Shown piece by piece: positions 10,702 to 20,114 of a DNA stretch of 32,000 bases. The notes below the pieces were generated by a model, which was not told where the DNA came from, searched no databases, and worked only from the letters and a program-made list of their open reading frames with translations. The stretch covers positions 210,001 to 242,000 of the forward strand of contig ACYB01000035.1 in assembly GCA_000175855.1 (NCBI GenBank), given 5' to 3'. The DNA is from Raphidiopsis brookii D9 (GTDB taxonomy: Bacteria; Cyanobacteriota; Cyanobacteriia; Cyanobacteriales; Nostocaceae). Position 1 is the first letter of the stretch, and every line of letters starts with the position of its first letter. Made by a program: the position numbers and the translations under genes.

Positions 10702-13617
10702 ATGACAACACTATTACTAAATCGCCAGCAATCTCTAGTTCGTTGGGTGAGCCAAGCAACAGGAATCAGCACTGTGGGTATTAAAGTCCGTTTTATTGGT
10801 AAACAAATACATATACTTTGTCAAGACACAAAATGCCCAGATTCCCGCGAAACGGTTTGCAATCTACTGACTGCAATGGCAAAAACAGACCTACAGAGTT
10901 TTGCTCAATATCGGGATTCCCCACTGTATGAAGTATTAGTGTACGGTGGGAAAAGGGGAGATGCCAAACCTCAATGGTGTGAGCGAATCTACCTGAATCA
11001 ATTAGATCAACATTGGGAGTGGAACAACAAAGCCTTGTTATTACAGGCTAACCAGTCTCAATTTTTGGATACCAATTTAACCCCATCTAATGAAAATTTA
11101 GCAAGACAAGGAGATATTCAAGCGATATCTAGATATCTAAGTGAAAGTCTAAGCCAATTAGGTGTTTTAGTAGAAGTTAAAAGCAAACCACTAAAATCAA
11201 ATATCGGATCAAAAATTAAAATAGACCAAAATGTTAATCGCCTATGGGTATTTTGTCAATCTACTTACAGTCATGATCCTGGACTATTAGCTGAACCAAT
11301 AGCCCGAAAGTTGCGCCATCTGAACCTAGAAGGTTATCGCGACGCACTAATTGTATCTCAGGTTCTGGGGGAAACAAATCCAGACTGGTTATTGCGAGTA
11401 GATCTAACTTTGGCGGAATCCATGCTTAAACAGTGGGCCCGCTGGGGAGATCTGGAAGCAATCGAGCGACTGCTCAATCATTCTGTATCAGACTTAGGGG
11501 TTTCGGTCACCGTTTCTTTACAACAATTTACCCTGCACACATTTTGTTATTGCAGTGGAGACCCATCCCCAAATTCAACCTGTCCAGAAAAAAGTAAATG
11601 TTTACCCAGAATCACCGAGCAACTGCAAAAAATTTCCCCCCAAGGCATACTATCAGCTACCATCTATGGGCAATCGACAAAGAGTGACCAGCCCAGTTGG
11701 ATAGATTGGATTTCTCTACCCGCTGCACAAAATATAAGTTTATCCATACCTACCCAAGAACTAGCAATATCGGGAGACCAACCAGCAATTATTTTTGTTC
11801 TGGAACGTCTACTTAATCATGACATCGATTGGCGGTTAAAAACGGGCGGAATTCGTATTCTTACTGTACAAAAAGGTCACATCTTACATATTATGTGTGA
11901 TGCCACTACCTGTCCACTCCAAGAAGAGGTAGTTGACAAGGTGACTGAATTCGTCCAACAAATTAGAGCGATCGCTGGTGTGAGAATCTATGGTCGTCGT
12001 GCAGGTGATAGGGAACCCCTTTGGCGCCATGGTGCCAACTTTCACGGGACTAATCCTGGCGATCGCCAGAAAGCATCCACGGAAGAATTAGTGTTAGTAG
12101 ACACACCAAAGTTTGCCCCAATAGTGGAGTATAGAGAATATAATAATACTTTAGTCAGTTATCAGCCTAGTAGTAACTTAACCCCATATATTGGCAGTGG
12201 GACCTGGGTAGAAGAAGAAAGTGAATATCGCTTCATAGGTTTTCATCAACAAATAAAAGAGTTAATAAAAAAGCTACTTTTAACAACTCAAGTATTCATA
12301 CCAATCCAAAACCAAAGGGATACAGATCCAAAAGTAAAGGGAATTTCAGCCGGGTTTTTGTGGTTATTATTAGGAATAATCTTAATTATCCAAAGCGATT
12401 GGGTTCTAGGGAATTTAACCATGGTTCAACAACAATCCCAAGGCACAAAACATAACCAACCCAAAGATTTAAAATTATCTAATAGTTCCCATTCTTCCAC
12501 CAAGTCGAACACGTGGGTATTGAGTCAAGACGATCAGGTTTCATTAGAAGATTCTTCTGCGAACTTACCAAGTTTTAATGCCAAACAATTAGATGCACAA
12601 CTAGCACTATATAGAAAACGATTAAAAACAGATGGCAAACCACCAGATATATTGATCGTTGGTTCTTCTCGCGCATTACGGGGTATTGACCCATCAGCTA
12701 TTACTCAAACCCTAGCCAGTCGTGGATATCCGGAAGTTAGCATTTTTAATCTAGGGATTAATGGATCCACTGCTCAAGTAGTAGAATTTGTGATTTGCCA
12801 AGTCTTGGCACCTGCGGAAGTACCAAAAATAATTATTTGGGGAGACGGTTCCAGAGCATTTAACAATGGTCGTCTAGATATAACTTTTAATGCTATTGCT
12901 GCTTCCCAGGGATATAAAGAGGTATTGAAAAAAGCCAATCAACGAAAAATGAATGAAAACTCATCTGTAGTAAATAAAAACTCTACAGAAAATAAGATTA
13001 CCAATATTACTAACATTAATAGCCAACAGGTAGCAAATCAGATATTAAATGAGTACTTAGCGAATTTATCTTTAGGTTATCAAAAGCGTGAAGAAATCAA
13101 GAAATTATTCTTGGATAACCTGAATAATTTAAACCTAATTCATAACTCTCAAAAGAATAATAACTCCCCTGGTGTAGAAAACAATATTAATCAACTTAAT
13201 GGATTTTTACCCATATCCATGAAATTTGATGCTAAAACCTACTATCAAAAGTATCCTAAAGTGTTTGGTGCTTACGATAATGACTACAAAGATTTTCGCC
13301 TGGAGGGTATGCAACACAACGCATTAAATTCTATTTTACAGTTCACACAAAAACACCAGATAAATCTAATTTTCATTAATATGCCATTAACAACAGACTA
13401 TCTAGATTCCTTCAGGTCTAAATATGAGCGAAAATTCAAACGATATATGTTACGTAATGCTAGACAGAATCCTAATTTGACCTACAGTGATTTCAGTCGC
13501 ACCTGGACAGAAATTGATCAATACTTTTCTGATCCCAGCCATCTGAACCGTTATGGAGCTCGTGAACTTTCCCAGAGATTAGCTACTGATATGATCATCC
13601 CTTGGTTGAAGAAATAA
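10702..13617 (+). CDS. DUF1574-like protein: N-terminal repeated domain array, one transmembrane helix, C-terminal SGNH/GDSL-type hydrolase/acyltransferase domain
   Basis: 971 aa ORF. C-terminal blocks ILIVGSSRALRGID, LGINGSTAQV and DPSHLNRYG; TM segment GFLWLLLGIILIIQSDWVL; abuts an MBOAT gene. Confidence 0.75.
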   Translation: MTTLLLNRQQSLVRWVSQATGISTVGIKVRFIGKQIHILCQDTKCPDSRETVCNLLTAMAKTDLQSFAQYRDSPLYEVLVYGGKRGDAKPQWCERIYLNQLDQHWEWNNKALLLQANQSQFLDTNLTPSNENLARQGDIQAISRYLSESLSQLGVLVEVKSKPLKSNIGSKIKIDQNVNRLWVFCQSTYSHDPGLLAEPIARKLRHLNLEGYRDALIVSQVLGETNPDWLLRVDLTLAESMLKQWARWGDLEAIERLLNHSVSDLGVSVTVSLQQFTLHTFCYCSGDPSPNSTCPEKSKCLPRITEQLQKISPQGILSATIYGQSTKSDQPSWIDWISLPAAQNISLSIPTQELAISGDQPAIIFVLERLLNHDIDWRLKTGGIRILTVQKGHILHIMCDATTCPLQEEVVDKVTEFVQQIRAIAGVRIYGRRAGDREPLWRHGANFHGTNPGDRQKASTEELVLVDTPKFAPIVEYREYNNTLVSYQPSSNLTPYIGSGTWVEEESEYRFIGFHQQIKELIKKLLLTTQVFIPIQNQRDTDPKVKGISAGFLWLLLGIILIIQSDWVLGNLTMVQQQSQGTKHNQPKDLKLSNSSHSSTKSNTWVLSQDDQVSLEDSSANLPSFNAKQLDAQLALYRKRLKTDGKPPDILIVGSSRALRGIDPSAITQTLASRGYPEVSIFNLGINGSTAQVVEFVICQVLAPAEVPKIIIWGDGSRAFNNGRLDITFNAIAASQGYKEVLKKANQRKMNENSSVVNKNSTENKITNITNINSQQVANQILNEYLANLSLGYQKREEIKKLFLDNLNNLNLIHNSQKNNNSPGVENNINQLNGFLPISMKFDAKTYYQKYPKVFGAYDNDYKDFRLEGMQHNALNSILQFTQKHQINLIFINMPLTTDYLDSFRSKYERKFKRYMLRNARQNPNLTYSDFSRTWTEIDQYFSDPSHLNRYGARELSQRLATDMIIPWLKK

Positions 13618-15126
13618 ATGAAATTTACATCTGCACTCTACGGTCTATTTCTAGTAATTGTTCTAATCACTTACTGGAATATTAAGCAACCAAAGTTTCG
13701 TCTGTGGACAATAATTATTTCCAGCATAGTTTTTTACGCCTCCTGGGATGTTCAGTATATACCACTAATAATAGTCCTAACATTTATTAACTTTCGGCTA
13801 GGGTTAGAAATTGCCGAAAAGTCTGCCTCAAATAATTACCCAAAGGAAAACAACAACAACCAAAACTCAGACCAAGATCCAGAAATTATAGAAGGTGACT
13901 GGAATCGCAACAGGCTGAAAATTTTAGCTTTAGGTATTTGTTTAAATGTAGGCTTATTATTAGTTTTTAAATACTCGACCATTCTATCTGAATGGATATT
14001 GATGTGGGATATCACTCCAGAAAATGCCAGTTTTAAGTTGGGTATTCCCCTAGGAATTTCATTTTTTACATTTGAGAATATAGCTTATCTAGTAGATGTT
14101 TATCGAGGAGTACCCCCAGCTGATAACCTATTAAAATTTACGTCCTATAAATTATTTTTTGCCAAACTAATTTCTGGACCAATTACCCGCTACCAACAAA
14201 TATCTTGGCAATTTGATCAGCCAAAAATTAACCATATTTACACATGGACAGAAGGTTTATGGTTAATTGCCAGAGGTGCGGTGAAAAAAGGAGTTTTAGC
14301 CGACAATTTAGGAATTTTCGTAGAATTGTGTTTTAATAATGTACAAAGAGCGGGTAGCACAGATTTATGGTTAGCTACTTTTGCTTACGGTCTTCAACTG
14401 TATTTGGATTTCAACGGTTATGTAGACATTGCCCGTGGTAGTGCTTTATTACTTGGTTTAGTATTACCAGAAAACTTTGATTTTCCCTACTTGAGTGGTA
14501 GTATTGCTGATTTTTGGCGTCGTTGGCATATTACCCTAGGTGACTGGTTACGTAATTACTTATATTTTCCCTTGGGGGGTTCTCGTCGGGGATTATTACG
14601 TACCTGTGTTAACCTATTAATAGTCATGTTAATAGCCGGTATTTGGCATGGTTCCGCATGGGGTTTTGTGGTGTGGGGGGGTTCACATGGTATAGCTTTA
14701 TGTATTCATAGAGTTACAGATGTGGTTAGCAATAATTCCAAGATTTTACGTCTATTTTGGCATCATCCTTTAGGGATAATTTTGGCATGGTTCTTAACTC
14801 AATTGACCGTATTTACCTCTTGGATTTGGTTTCGGTTACCTAGAATTGAAGATTCAGCATTAGTCATGGGAAATCTCTGGGGACACACAGCTGATGTGCA
14901 ATTTATCGAGAAGGTTTATATGGAAGCTCTAAATACTAGTCCTAATCAGGTATTATGGGGTTTAATTTTAATATTTGTCTTCATGATTGTGGCTTATGTA
15001 TTTAAACGAAAACTTCACTTAGAACTGACCTGGCAGTTAAAACTGGTTTTTGTGCCTCTATGTTTTTATGCAGTTTGGTTATTGGCACCTCAAGGAAGTT
15101 TGCCTTATATTTATTTTGATTTTTAA
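13618..15126 (+). CDS. MBOAT-family O-acyltransferase (AlgI-like)
   Basis: 502 aa polytopic ORF; GISFFTFENIAYLVDVYRG, LQLYLDFNGYVDIARGSALLLG, RRWHITLGDWLRNYLYFPLGG, GIWHGSAWGFVVWGGSHG with the catalytic-type His. Confidence 0.93.
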   Translation: MKFTSALYGLFLVIVLITYWNIKQPKFRLWTIIISSIVFYASWDVQYIPLIIVLTFINFRLGLEIAEKSASNNYPKENNNNQNSDQDPEIIEGDWNRNRLKILALGICLNVGLLLVFKYSTILSEWILMWDITPENASFKLGIPLGISFFTFENIAYLVDVYRGVPPADNLLKFTSYKLFFAKLISGPITRYQQISWQFDQPKINHIYTWTEGLWLIARGAVKKGVLADNLGIFVELCFNNVQRAGSTDLWLATFAYGLQLYLDFNGYVDIARGSALLLGLVLPENFDFPYLSGSIADFWRRWHITLGDWLRNYLYFPLGGSRRGLLRTCVNLLIVMLIAGIWHGSAWGFVVWGGSHGIALCIHRVTDVVSNNSKILRLFWHHPLGIILAWFLTQLTVFTSWIWFRLPRIEDSALVMGNLWGHTADVQFIEKVYMEALNTSPNQVLWGLILIFVFMIVAYVFKRKLHLELTWQLKLVFVPLCFYAVWLLAPQGSLPYIYFDF

Positions 15127-15149
15127 GGAAACATTTTAGTGATAAAATA

Positions 15150-15584
15150 GTGGGTATGGTTCACCACATCCAAAACTTCGGACCTATTAAATCAGGACTT
15201 ACAGAAAATGAGGGCTTGGTTACAGCTGGTAATACACTAATTATGACCACTCATAGTCCTTACATTATTGACTACCTTACCTTAGCAATTAAAGCACAGC
15301 AGATTTTACAAACTTTTGATAATTTCCCGAAGGGAGAGTTTTTAAAAACTAAACTCAAAAATATTGTTCCTTTGAATTCCTCCATATTTCCAGAAGATTC
15401 AATTGTATACGAGTTAACAGATAGTGGAGAAATTAGAAAACTTTCTACCTATGAAGGACTACCTTCTGATGAAAATTATTTGAATAGTTGTTTGGCAGAA
15501 ACCAATCGATTTTTCAGTGACTTATTAGAAATTGAGGAAGAAATACTATTTTTCCACCCACTCATCAGACAATCCATAAAATAA
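15150..15584 (+). pseudogene. Remnant of an AAA/ABC-type ATPase with a large internal deletion
   Basis: 144 aa ORF begins like an SMC/AAA ATPase N-terminus (MVHHIQNFGPIKSG) but passes directly into a C-terminal H-loop region (NTLIMTTHSPYIIDYL); Walker A and Walker B are absent. Confidence 0.65.
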
Positions 15585-16331
15585 CATTTCACATATTAAT
15601 GGTAAACCCAACTCCAACTCTTCTAATAATCTTCGTTGACTAAATACATCCTGGGGACTTCCTTCCAGCACTAATTTTCCTCTATCCATCACAAAAACCC
15701 AATCCGCCCACCTATAAACTAAATCTAAATCATGAGTTGCCATCACTAATGTAGTTCCATATTCATGAATTTTATTCAGCATTGCTATCAAATTACGAGT
15801 CTGTTTAATATCCAGATATGCAGTAGGTTCATCCAATAATAACAATTCCGGACTTAGTACCAGCTTATCCGCCTTGGAAACCCGCCTTTTTTGTCCTAAA
15901 CTCAGATGATGAGTAGGTGTTTGTGCTAAACCAGTTAGCTCAAATTCCATCAATGCTTTCTCTACCCGCTGTTGAATTTCTACCAACGGTAAACCCAAAT
16001 TACATAAACCATAAGATATATCTTCTTCAACAGTAGCAGCTACTAATTGTTGTTCTGGATCTTGAAACACCAATCCAACTTTCTGTCTTAATCTACCTAG
16101 ATAATTTCGGTTGTAAGTTAACGGTTCACCACACCAACTTACAACCCCACGATTGGGTTTATACAATCCATTAGCTAGTAATAAAAGTGTTGTTTTTCCA
16201 CAACCATTCTGACCAATCAAGGCACACTTCTTACCTGATGGAATTCTCAATGTTAGACTATTCAAAGCTAATTGTTGAGATTCCATATAACTGTAATATA
16301 CTTCTTTAAACTCTAGTAGGTATTCCCGCAT
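15546..16331 (-). CDS. cbiO: Cobalt/nickel ECF transporter ATP-binding protein
   Basis: 261 aa ORF; GQNGCGKTTLL-type Walker A (IGQNGCGKTTL), LSLGQKRRV signature, LLLDEPTAYLD; operon with cbiQ/cbiN/cbiM. Confidence 0.88.
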   Translation of the reverse strand: MREYLLEFKEVYYSYMESQQLALNSLTLRIPSGKKCALIGQNGCGKTTLLLLANGLYKPNRGVVSWCGEPLTYNRNYLGRLRQKVGLVFQDPEQQLVAATVEEDISYGLCNLGLPLVEIQQRVEKALMEFELTGLAQTPTHHLSLGQKRRVSKADKLVLSPELLLLDEPTAYLDIKQTRNLIAMLNKIHEYGTTLVMATHDLDLVYRWADWVFVMDRGKLVLEGSPQDVFSQRRLLEELELGLPLICEMLFYGLSDEWVEK

Positions 16332-16332
16332 T

Positions 16333-17118
16333 TTACCAAAAATTTAATCCTATTAACACTACACAACCAACTATTGACTCAATTATATATCGCAGTTGCA
16401 AACGATACCGACGTTGGCGCCAAACCCGAAATTCGCTTACAAAACCTCTTGCTTCCAGTCCCAGAGAAAACTGATTATATTGCTGTAAGCTACGCTGCAG
16501 CAGTTTTCCTATCAGTATTGCTAAACTTTTCATCCCCACACCAACAGTGCGATAACCACCACGAGAAGTTTGTGCCATCCACAATTCATTCGCTGTGCTC
16601 AACAAAATGAAAATAAATCTATACATTAGCAATAATAGGTCCGTTATCAGTATGGGAACCCCTAAATAGCGCAAAATTCCTAGTATTTCTGTAAAAGGAA
16701 TAGTTAGTATCATAAAGTATACACAAGAAGCAGAAGATAAGGATCGAGTTAAAATATTCCATGCCTGGATTGTTCCATTATGACTGATATAAACATAAAA
16801 ATTCCCTAGAGTTATTCCATGCCACGAGTCTAATTTGACACTTTCTATATCAAAAATGCTTACACCATTAACTATGAGAGCTGGTAAACTCATCAAGCCA
16901 AAAACTATGGTCAACATCAACAACTGTAAATAAACCTTGGCTGGAATTCTGGCATAAATAACTGTCCAAATACTCATCCAGATCACAATTAAAATTTGTA
17001 CTCGGGTATCACTAGCTAGAGAAATAGCAAGGGTGGTAACCGCAAAAATAAGTTTATGCCATGGTGATAATTTTCCTAGTCTATTAGTATAAGATAAAGT
17101 ATCTATTTGGTGGATCAT
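16333..17118 (-). CDS. cbiQ: Cobalt/nickel ECF transporter transmembrane protein
   Basis: 261 aa polytopic ORF; AQTSRGG motif (MAQTSRGGYRTVG) and LEARGF (GLEARGFVSE) of the EcfT/CbiQ family. Confidence 0.85.
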   Translation of the reverse strand: MIHQIDTLSYTNRLGKLSPWHKLIFAVTTLAISLASDTRVQILIVIWMSIWTVIYARIPAKVYLQLLMLTIVFGLMSLPALIVNGVSIFDIESVKLDSWHGITLGNFYVYISHNGTIQAWNILTRSLSSASCVYFMILTIPFTEILGILRYLGVPILITDLLLLMYRFIFILLSTANELWMAQTSRGGYRTVGVGMKSLAILIGKLLQRSLQQYNQFSLGLEARGFVSEFRVWRQRRYRLQLRYIIESIVGCVVLIGLNFW

Positions 17119-17124
17119 CAGAAA

Positions 17125-17439
17125 TTATTTTGCTGGCTTATTCTTAGGGTTTTGCGGTTGGGAACGTCCCTTGTATAACCCAATTGCATAACCAACCACT
17201 CCAGCGCCCAAAGCTGCTTGTAAAGCAAATAATAAACTTTCTATTTCTCCACTAGGAGGTTCAAACAATGATGTAAACCAAGGTTTATATTTAGGTTGTA
17301 TTTCAGTTATTACCTTTTGGGCTTGCTGATCGGCCCCTCCAAATTCACTATCACGAATTAACACTAGTGGTGTCACCGCTAAAATTACTACACCTACTAC
17401 CAAAAGCCAGTTAATTAACCCTTTCTGAGACTGATTCAT
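17125..17439 (-). CDS. cbiN: Cobalt/nickel transporter small subunit (PDGLE-like)
   Basis: 104 aa ORF with N- and C-terminal TM helices, located between cbiM and cbiQ. Confidence 0.8.
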   Translation of the reverse strand: MNQSQKGLINWLLVVGVVILAVTPLVLIRDSEFGGADQQAQKVITEIQPKYKPWFTSLFEPPSGEIESLLFALQAALGAGVVGYAIGLYKGRSQPQNPKNKPAK

Positions 17440-18250
17440 TTCCCTTTCCTCCCTTGATTAATTGTAAAAGTTCCAACTCTTGAGGATTATAAGATTGTAG
17501 CCAATTCCACACTAGCAGGGTTAGCAATCCTTCGCTAATTGCTAAAGGAACTTGAGTAATGGCAAAAATTCCAGTAAACTTGACGAATGAGGCCATAAAG
17601 CCACCAACCGGTGCGGGAAAAGCCAGGGCAAGTTGTATAGAGGTAATTATATATGTCAGTAAATCTGCTATCGCAGCTGACAAAAAGATGGCAATTTTCT
17701 CTTTACCACTAATTTTAATTGTCAAATTGTATATCCAATATGCAGCAAAAGGTCCAGCTATGGCCATAGAAAAGGCATTGGCCCCCAATGTGGTTAATCC
17801 ACCATGTGCTAACAGCAAGGATTGAAATAATAGGACCAAGCTACCCAGGACTGACATTGTTAAAGGACCAAATAGTACTGCACCCAATCCAGTACCGGTG
17901 GGATGGGAGGAACTACCCGTAACCGAGGGGATTTTTAATGCTGACAGCACAAAAGCGAAAGCACCAGCCAAACCCAGTAGTAGTTTCAGCTGGGGGTTGG
18001 CCTGAGTAGTGCGAGTTAGACTGCGTAACCCAAGAATAAAAAAGGGTAATGCTACTACCCACCAAAAAACTGCCCACTCTACTGGTAGGAAACCCTCCAT
18101 AATGTGCATGGCGTAGGCGGGCTTTGGCACACTAACTAATATACAGAAACTGACAATTGCTATTAGGGTGGGATTGAATAAACCCCGTTTTACTCTCACA
18201 ATTTCTACCTCACAAACTTTATCCGACTTTTTGGCGATTGCTGTTGACAA
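17411..18250 (-). CDS. cbiM: Cobalt/nickel ECF transporter substrate-binding membrane protein
   Basis: 279 aa ORF; AYA|[17 protein letters not shown] after a signal-like segment, [26 protein letters not shown]. Confidence 0.93.
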   Translation of the reverse strand: MSTAIAKKSDKVCEVEIVRVKRGLFNPTLIAIVSFCILVSVPKPAYAMHIMEGFLPVEWAVFWWVVALPFFILGLRSLTRTTQANPQLKLLLGLAGAFAFVLSALKIPSVTGSSSHPTGTGLGAVLFGPLTMSVLGSLVLLFQSLLLAHGGLTTLGANAFSMAIAGPFAAYWIYNLTIKISGKEKIAIFLSAAIADLLTYIITSIQLALAFPAPVGGFMASFVKFTGIFAITQVPLAISEGLLTLLVWNWLQSYNPQELELLQLIKGGKGNESVSERVN

Positions 18251-18287
18251 GCAAATCTTACCTTAACTATACTGTTTAAGTCAACAA

Positions 18288-18308
18288 ACATTGTTGGTCG
18301 AACAATGT
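18288..18308. promoter_or_regulatory. Perfect 8-bp palindrome between divergent cbiM and ATPase genes
   Basis: ACATTGTT-GGTCG-AACAATGT. Confidence 0.45.
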
Positions 18309-18337
18309 AATGCCAGTAAATAAATTATTAGCCACCA

Positions 18338-19672
18338 TTGGATATAACAAAATCTCTTTACCAAGCTTGCAACCCCAACAAAACCTTAAATAGTAATAAT
18401 CCTGAAGATAAAAAACGGTATATTGACTTCTCTCCAGTTCGGGGACGGGAAATAATTAAGGAACTAAAACGGACTATTACCCGACTTTCCCCAGATTTAC
18501 CAACTTGTCAACTGTTTACTGGACATATCGGTGTGGGTAAGTCTACTGAGTTAATGCGTCTAAAATCAGAACTGGAAACTGAATTTTTTCACGTAGTATA
18601 TTTTGAATCTAGTCAGACTTTGGATTTAGGAGATGTTGATGTTACGGACATTTTATTAGCAATAGCTAAAGAAGTAAGTCACAGTTTAGAGGTTACACAA
18701 ATCAAAGTTAAATCCGGATTTTTCCAGACTCTATTTAAGGATGTGATTGAGTTCTTACAAACACCCTTGGATATTGATTTTGAGGCGGAGTTATCTGTTG
18801 GTATAGCTAAAATCACTGCAAAAACTAAGGAAAGTCCCAAACTACGTAATCAGCTCAGACAGTATTTAGAACCTCGCACCGCTAGTATTTTACAGTCCAT
18901 CAATAGAGAATTACTAATCCCTGCTCAAGAGGAATTAAAACAGCGGGGTAAGTCAGGTTTAGTAGTAATTATTGATAATTTAGACAGGATAGATAATAGT
19001 CCTAAAGCTAATGGTCAATATCAACCAGAATATCTGTTTGTTGAAAGAGGTGAAGATTTAAAAGCTTTAAGCTGTCATATTGTGTATACTATTCCTTTAG
19101 TGCTGATATTTTCCAATGCTTTAGGTAGATTAATTAATCGCTTTGGGGTAGATCCTAAAGTGTTGCCAATGATATCTGTTAAACAAAGAAATGGTGAATA
19201 CTACTCAGCAGCTATGACACTTCTACAACAAATGATTATGGTCAGAGCTTTTCCCGGTGTGAATTGGCAACAAAGTTCAGAGAAATTGGCCTTGACCACT
19301 CAGATTTTTGATAGTCCTAAAACGTTTGATCGCCTTTGTCAGGTTAGCGGTGGCCACTTACGTAGTCTTTTGAAGTTGTTGTTTCGTTGTTTACAATCCC
19401 AGGATGTACCAATTTCTCGTCTATGTTTGGAAAATACCATTAGAGAACAATGTAATCTGTTAAGTTTAGCTATTACACCTGATGAATGGGAACTATTGCG
19501 AGAAGTACGGAAAACAAAAACATATAGAGGTGAAGAACAGTATGATATTTTGCTACGCAGCTTGTTTGTTTTTGAATATCGAGATCACCAAGGTTCTTGG
19601 TTTGATATTAATCCAATTTTATTAGAAAACTCCGAATTTTCTGGGTATTATAGGGATTCATATCATGAATAA
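18338..19672 (+). CDS. P-loop ATPase (AAA/STAND-like, cyanobacterial ATP-binding protein)
   Basis: 444 aa ORF, probable TTG start; Walker A LFTGHIGVGKSTE, Walker B-like GLVVIIDNLDRI. Confidence 0.75.
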   Translation: MDITKSLYQACNPNKTLNSNNPEDKKRYIDFSPVRGREIIKELKRTITRLSPDLPTCQLFTGHIGVGKSTELMRLKSELETEFFHVVYFESSQTLDLGDVDVTDILLAIAKEVSHSLEVTQIKVKSGFFQTLFKDVIEFLQTPLDIDFEAELSVGIAKITAKTKESPKLRNQLRQYLEPRTASILQSINRELLIPAQEELKQRGKSGLVVIIDNLDRIDNSPKANGQYQPEYLFVERGEDLKALSCHIVYTIPLVLIFSNALGRLINRFGVDPKVLPMISVKQRNGEYYSAAMTLLQQMIMVRAFPGVNWQQSSEKLALTTQIFDSPKTFDRLCQVSGGHLRSLLKLLFRCLQSQDVPISRLCLENTIREQCNLLSLAITPDEWELLREVRKTKTYRGEEQYDILLRSLFVFEYRDHQGSWFDINPILLENSEFSGYYRDSYHE

Positions 19673-20114
19673 TTTGGAGAATGTTGCTAATAATAACCAT
19701 GATGCAATTAGGAGTATATTGAGAGCTATTAGCTTTTCCCAAGGTCAGTTTTCTCTTATCTTTTTACACTGTAATTGTGTTAGATTCCACCGGGAAATAG
19801 CAGTAAAATTGCGTGGGAGTTATTGTACAAGAATTGAGGAGATAAATCTATCCCCATCCGCTATAAGTCTCTATGACAACATATCAGCCACAATGGTAAA
19901 TATACAACCCTATGCTGTGATGGTTTTTGGTTTAGATGCTGCTAAGAATCTGGATTCGATTTTACAAGTGTCAAACCAAATTAGAGAGGAATTTAGCAGA
20001 AAATTTGCCTTTCCGCTATTTATTTGGATAGATGATCAAGTACTTAGAAGAATTATTAGGATTGCACCAGACTTAGAAAGCTGGAGTACTATTATTAAGT
20101 TACAGTCTCCCTAA
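19665..20114 (+). CDS. Short partner protein of the ATPase; resembles the N-terminal domain of larger cyanobacterial TPR-type proteins
   Basis: 149 aa ORF overlapping the ATPase gene by 8 nt; FSQGQFSLIFLHCN...IQPYAVMVFGLDAAKNLDSILQVSNQIREEFSRKFAFPLFIWIDDQVLRRIIRIAPDLESW. Confidence 0.6.
   Translation: MNNLENVANNNHDAIRSILRAISFSQGQFSLIFLHCNCVRFHREIAVKLRGSYCTRIEEINLSPSAISLYDNISATMVNIQPYAVMVFGLDAAKNLDSILQVSNQIREEFSRKFAFPLFIWIDDQVLRRIIRIAPDLESWSTIIKLQSP

Noticed and set aside
16374-17825. Plus-strand ORFs inside cbiQ (16374..16610) and cbiM (17559..17825)
   Set aside because: Antisense to intact transporter genes.
18250-18337. Cobalamin riboswitch upstream of cbiM
   Set aside because: The 87-bp gap is short and lacks a B12-box-like sequence; only the palindrome stands out.
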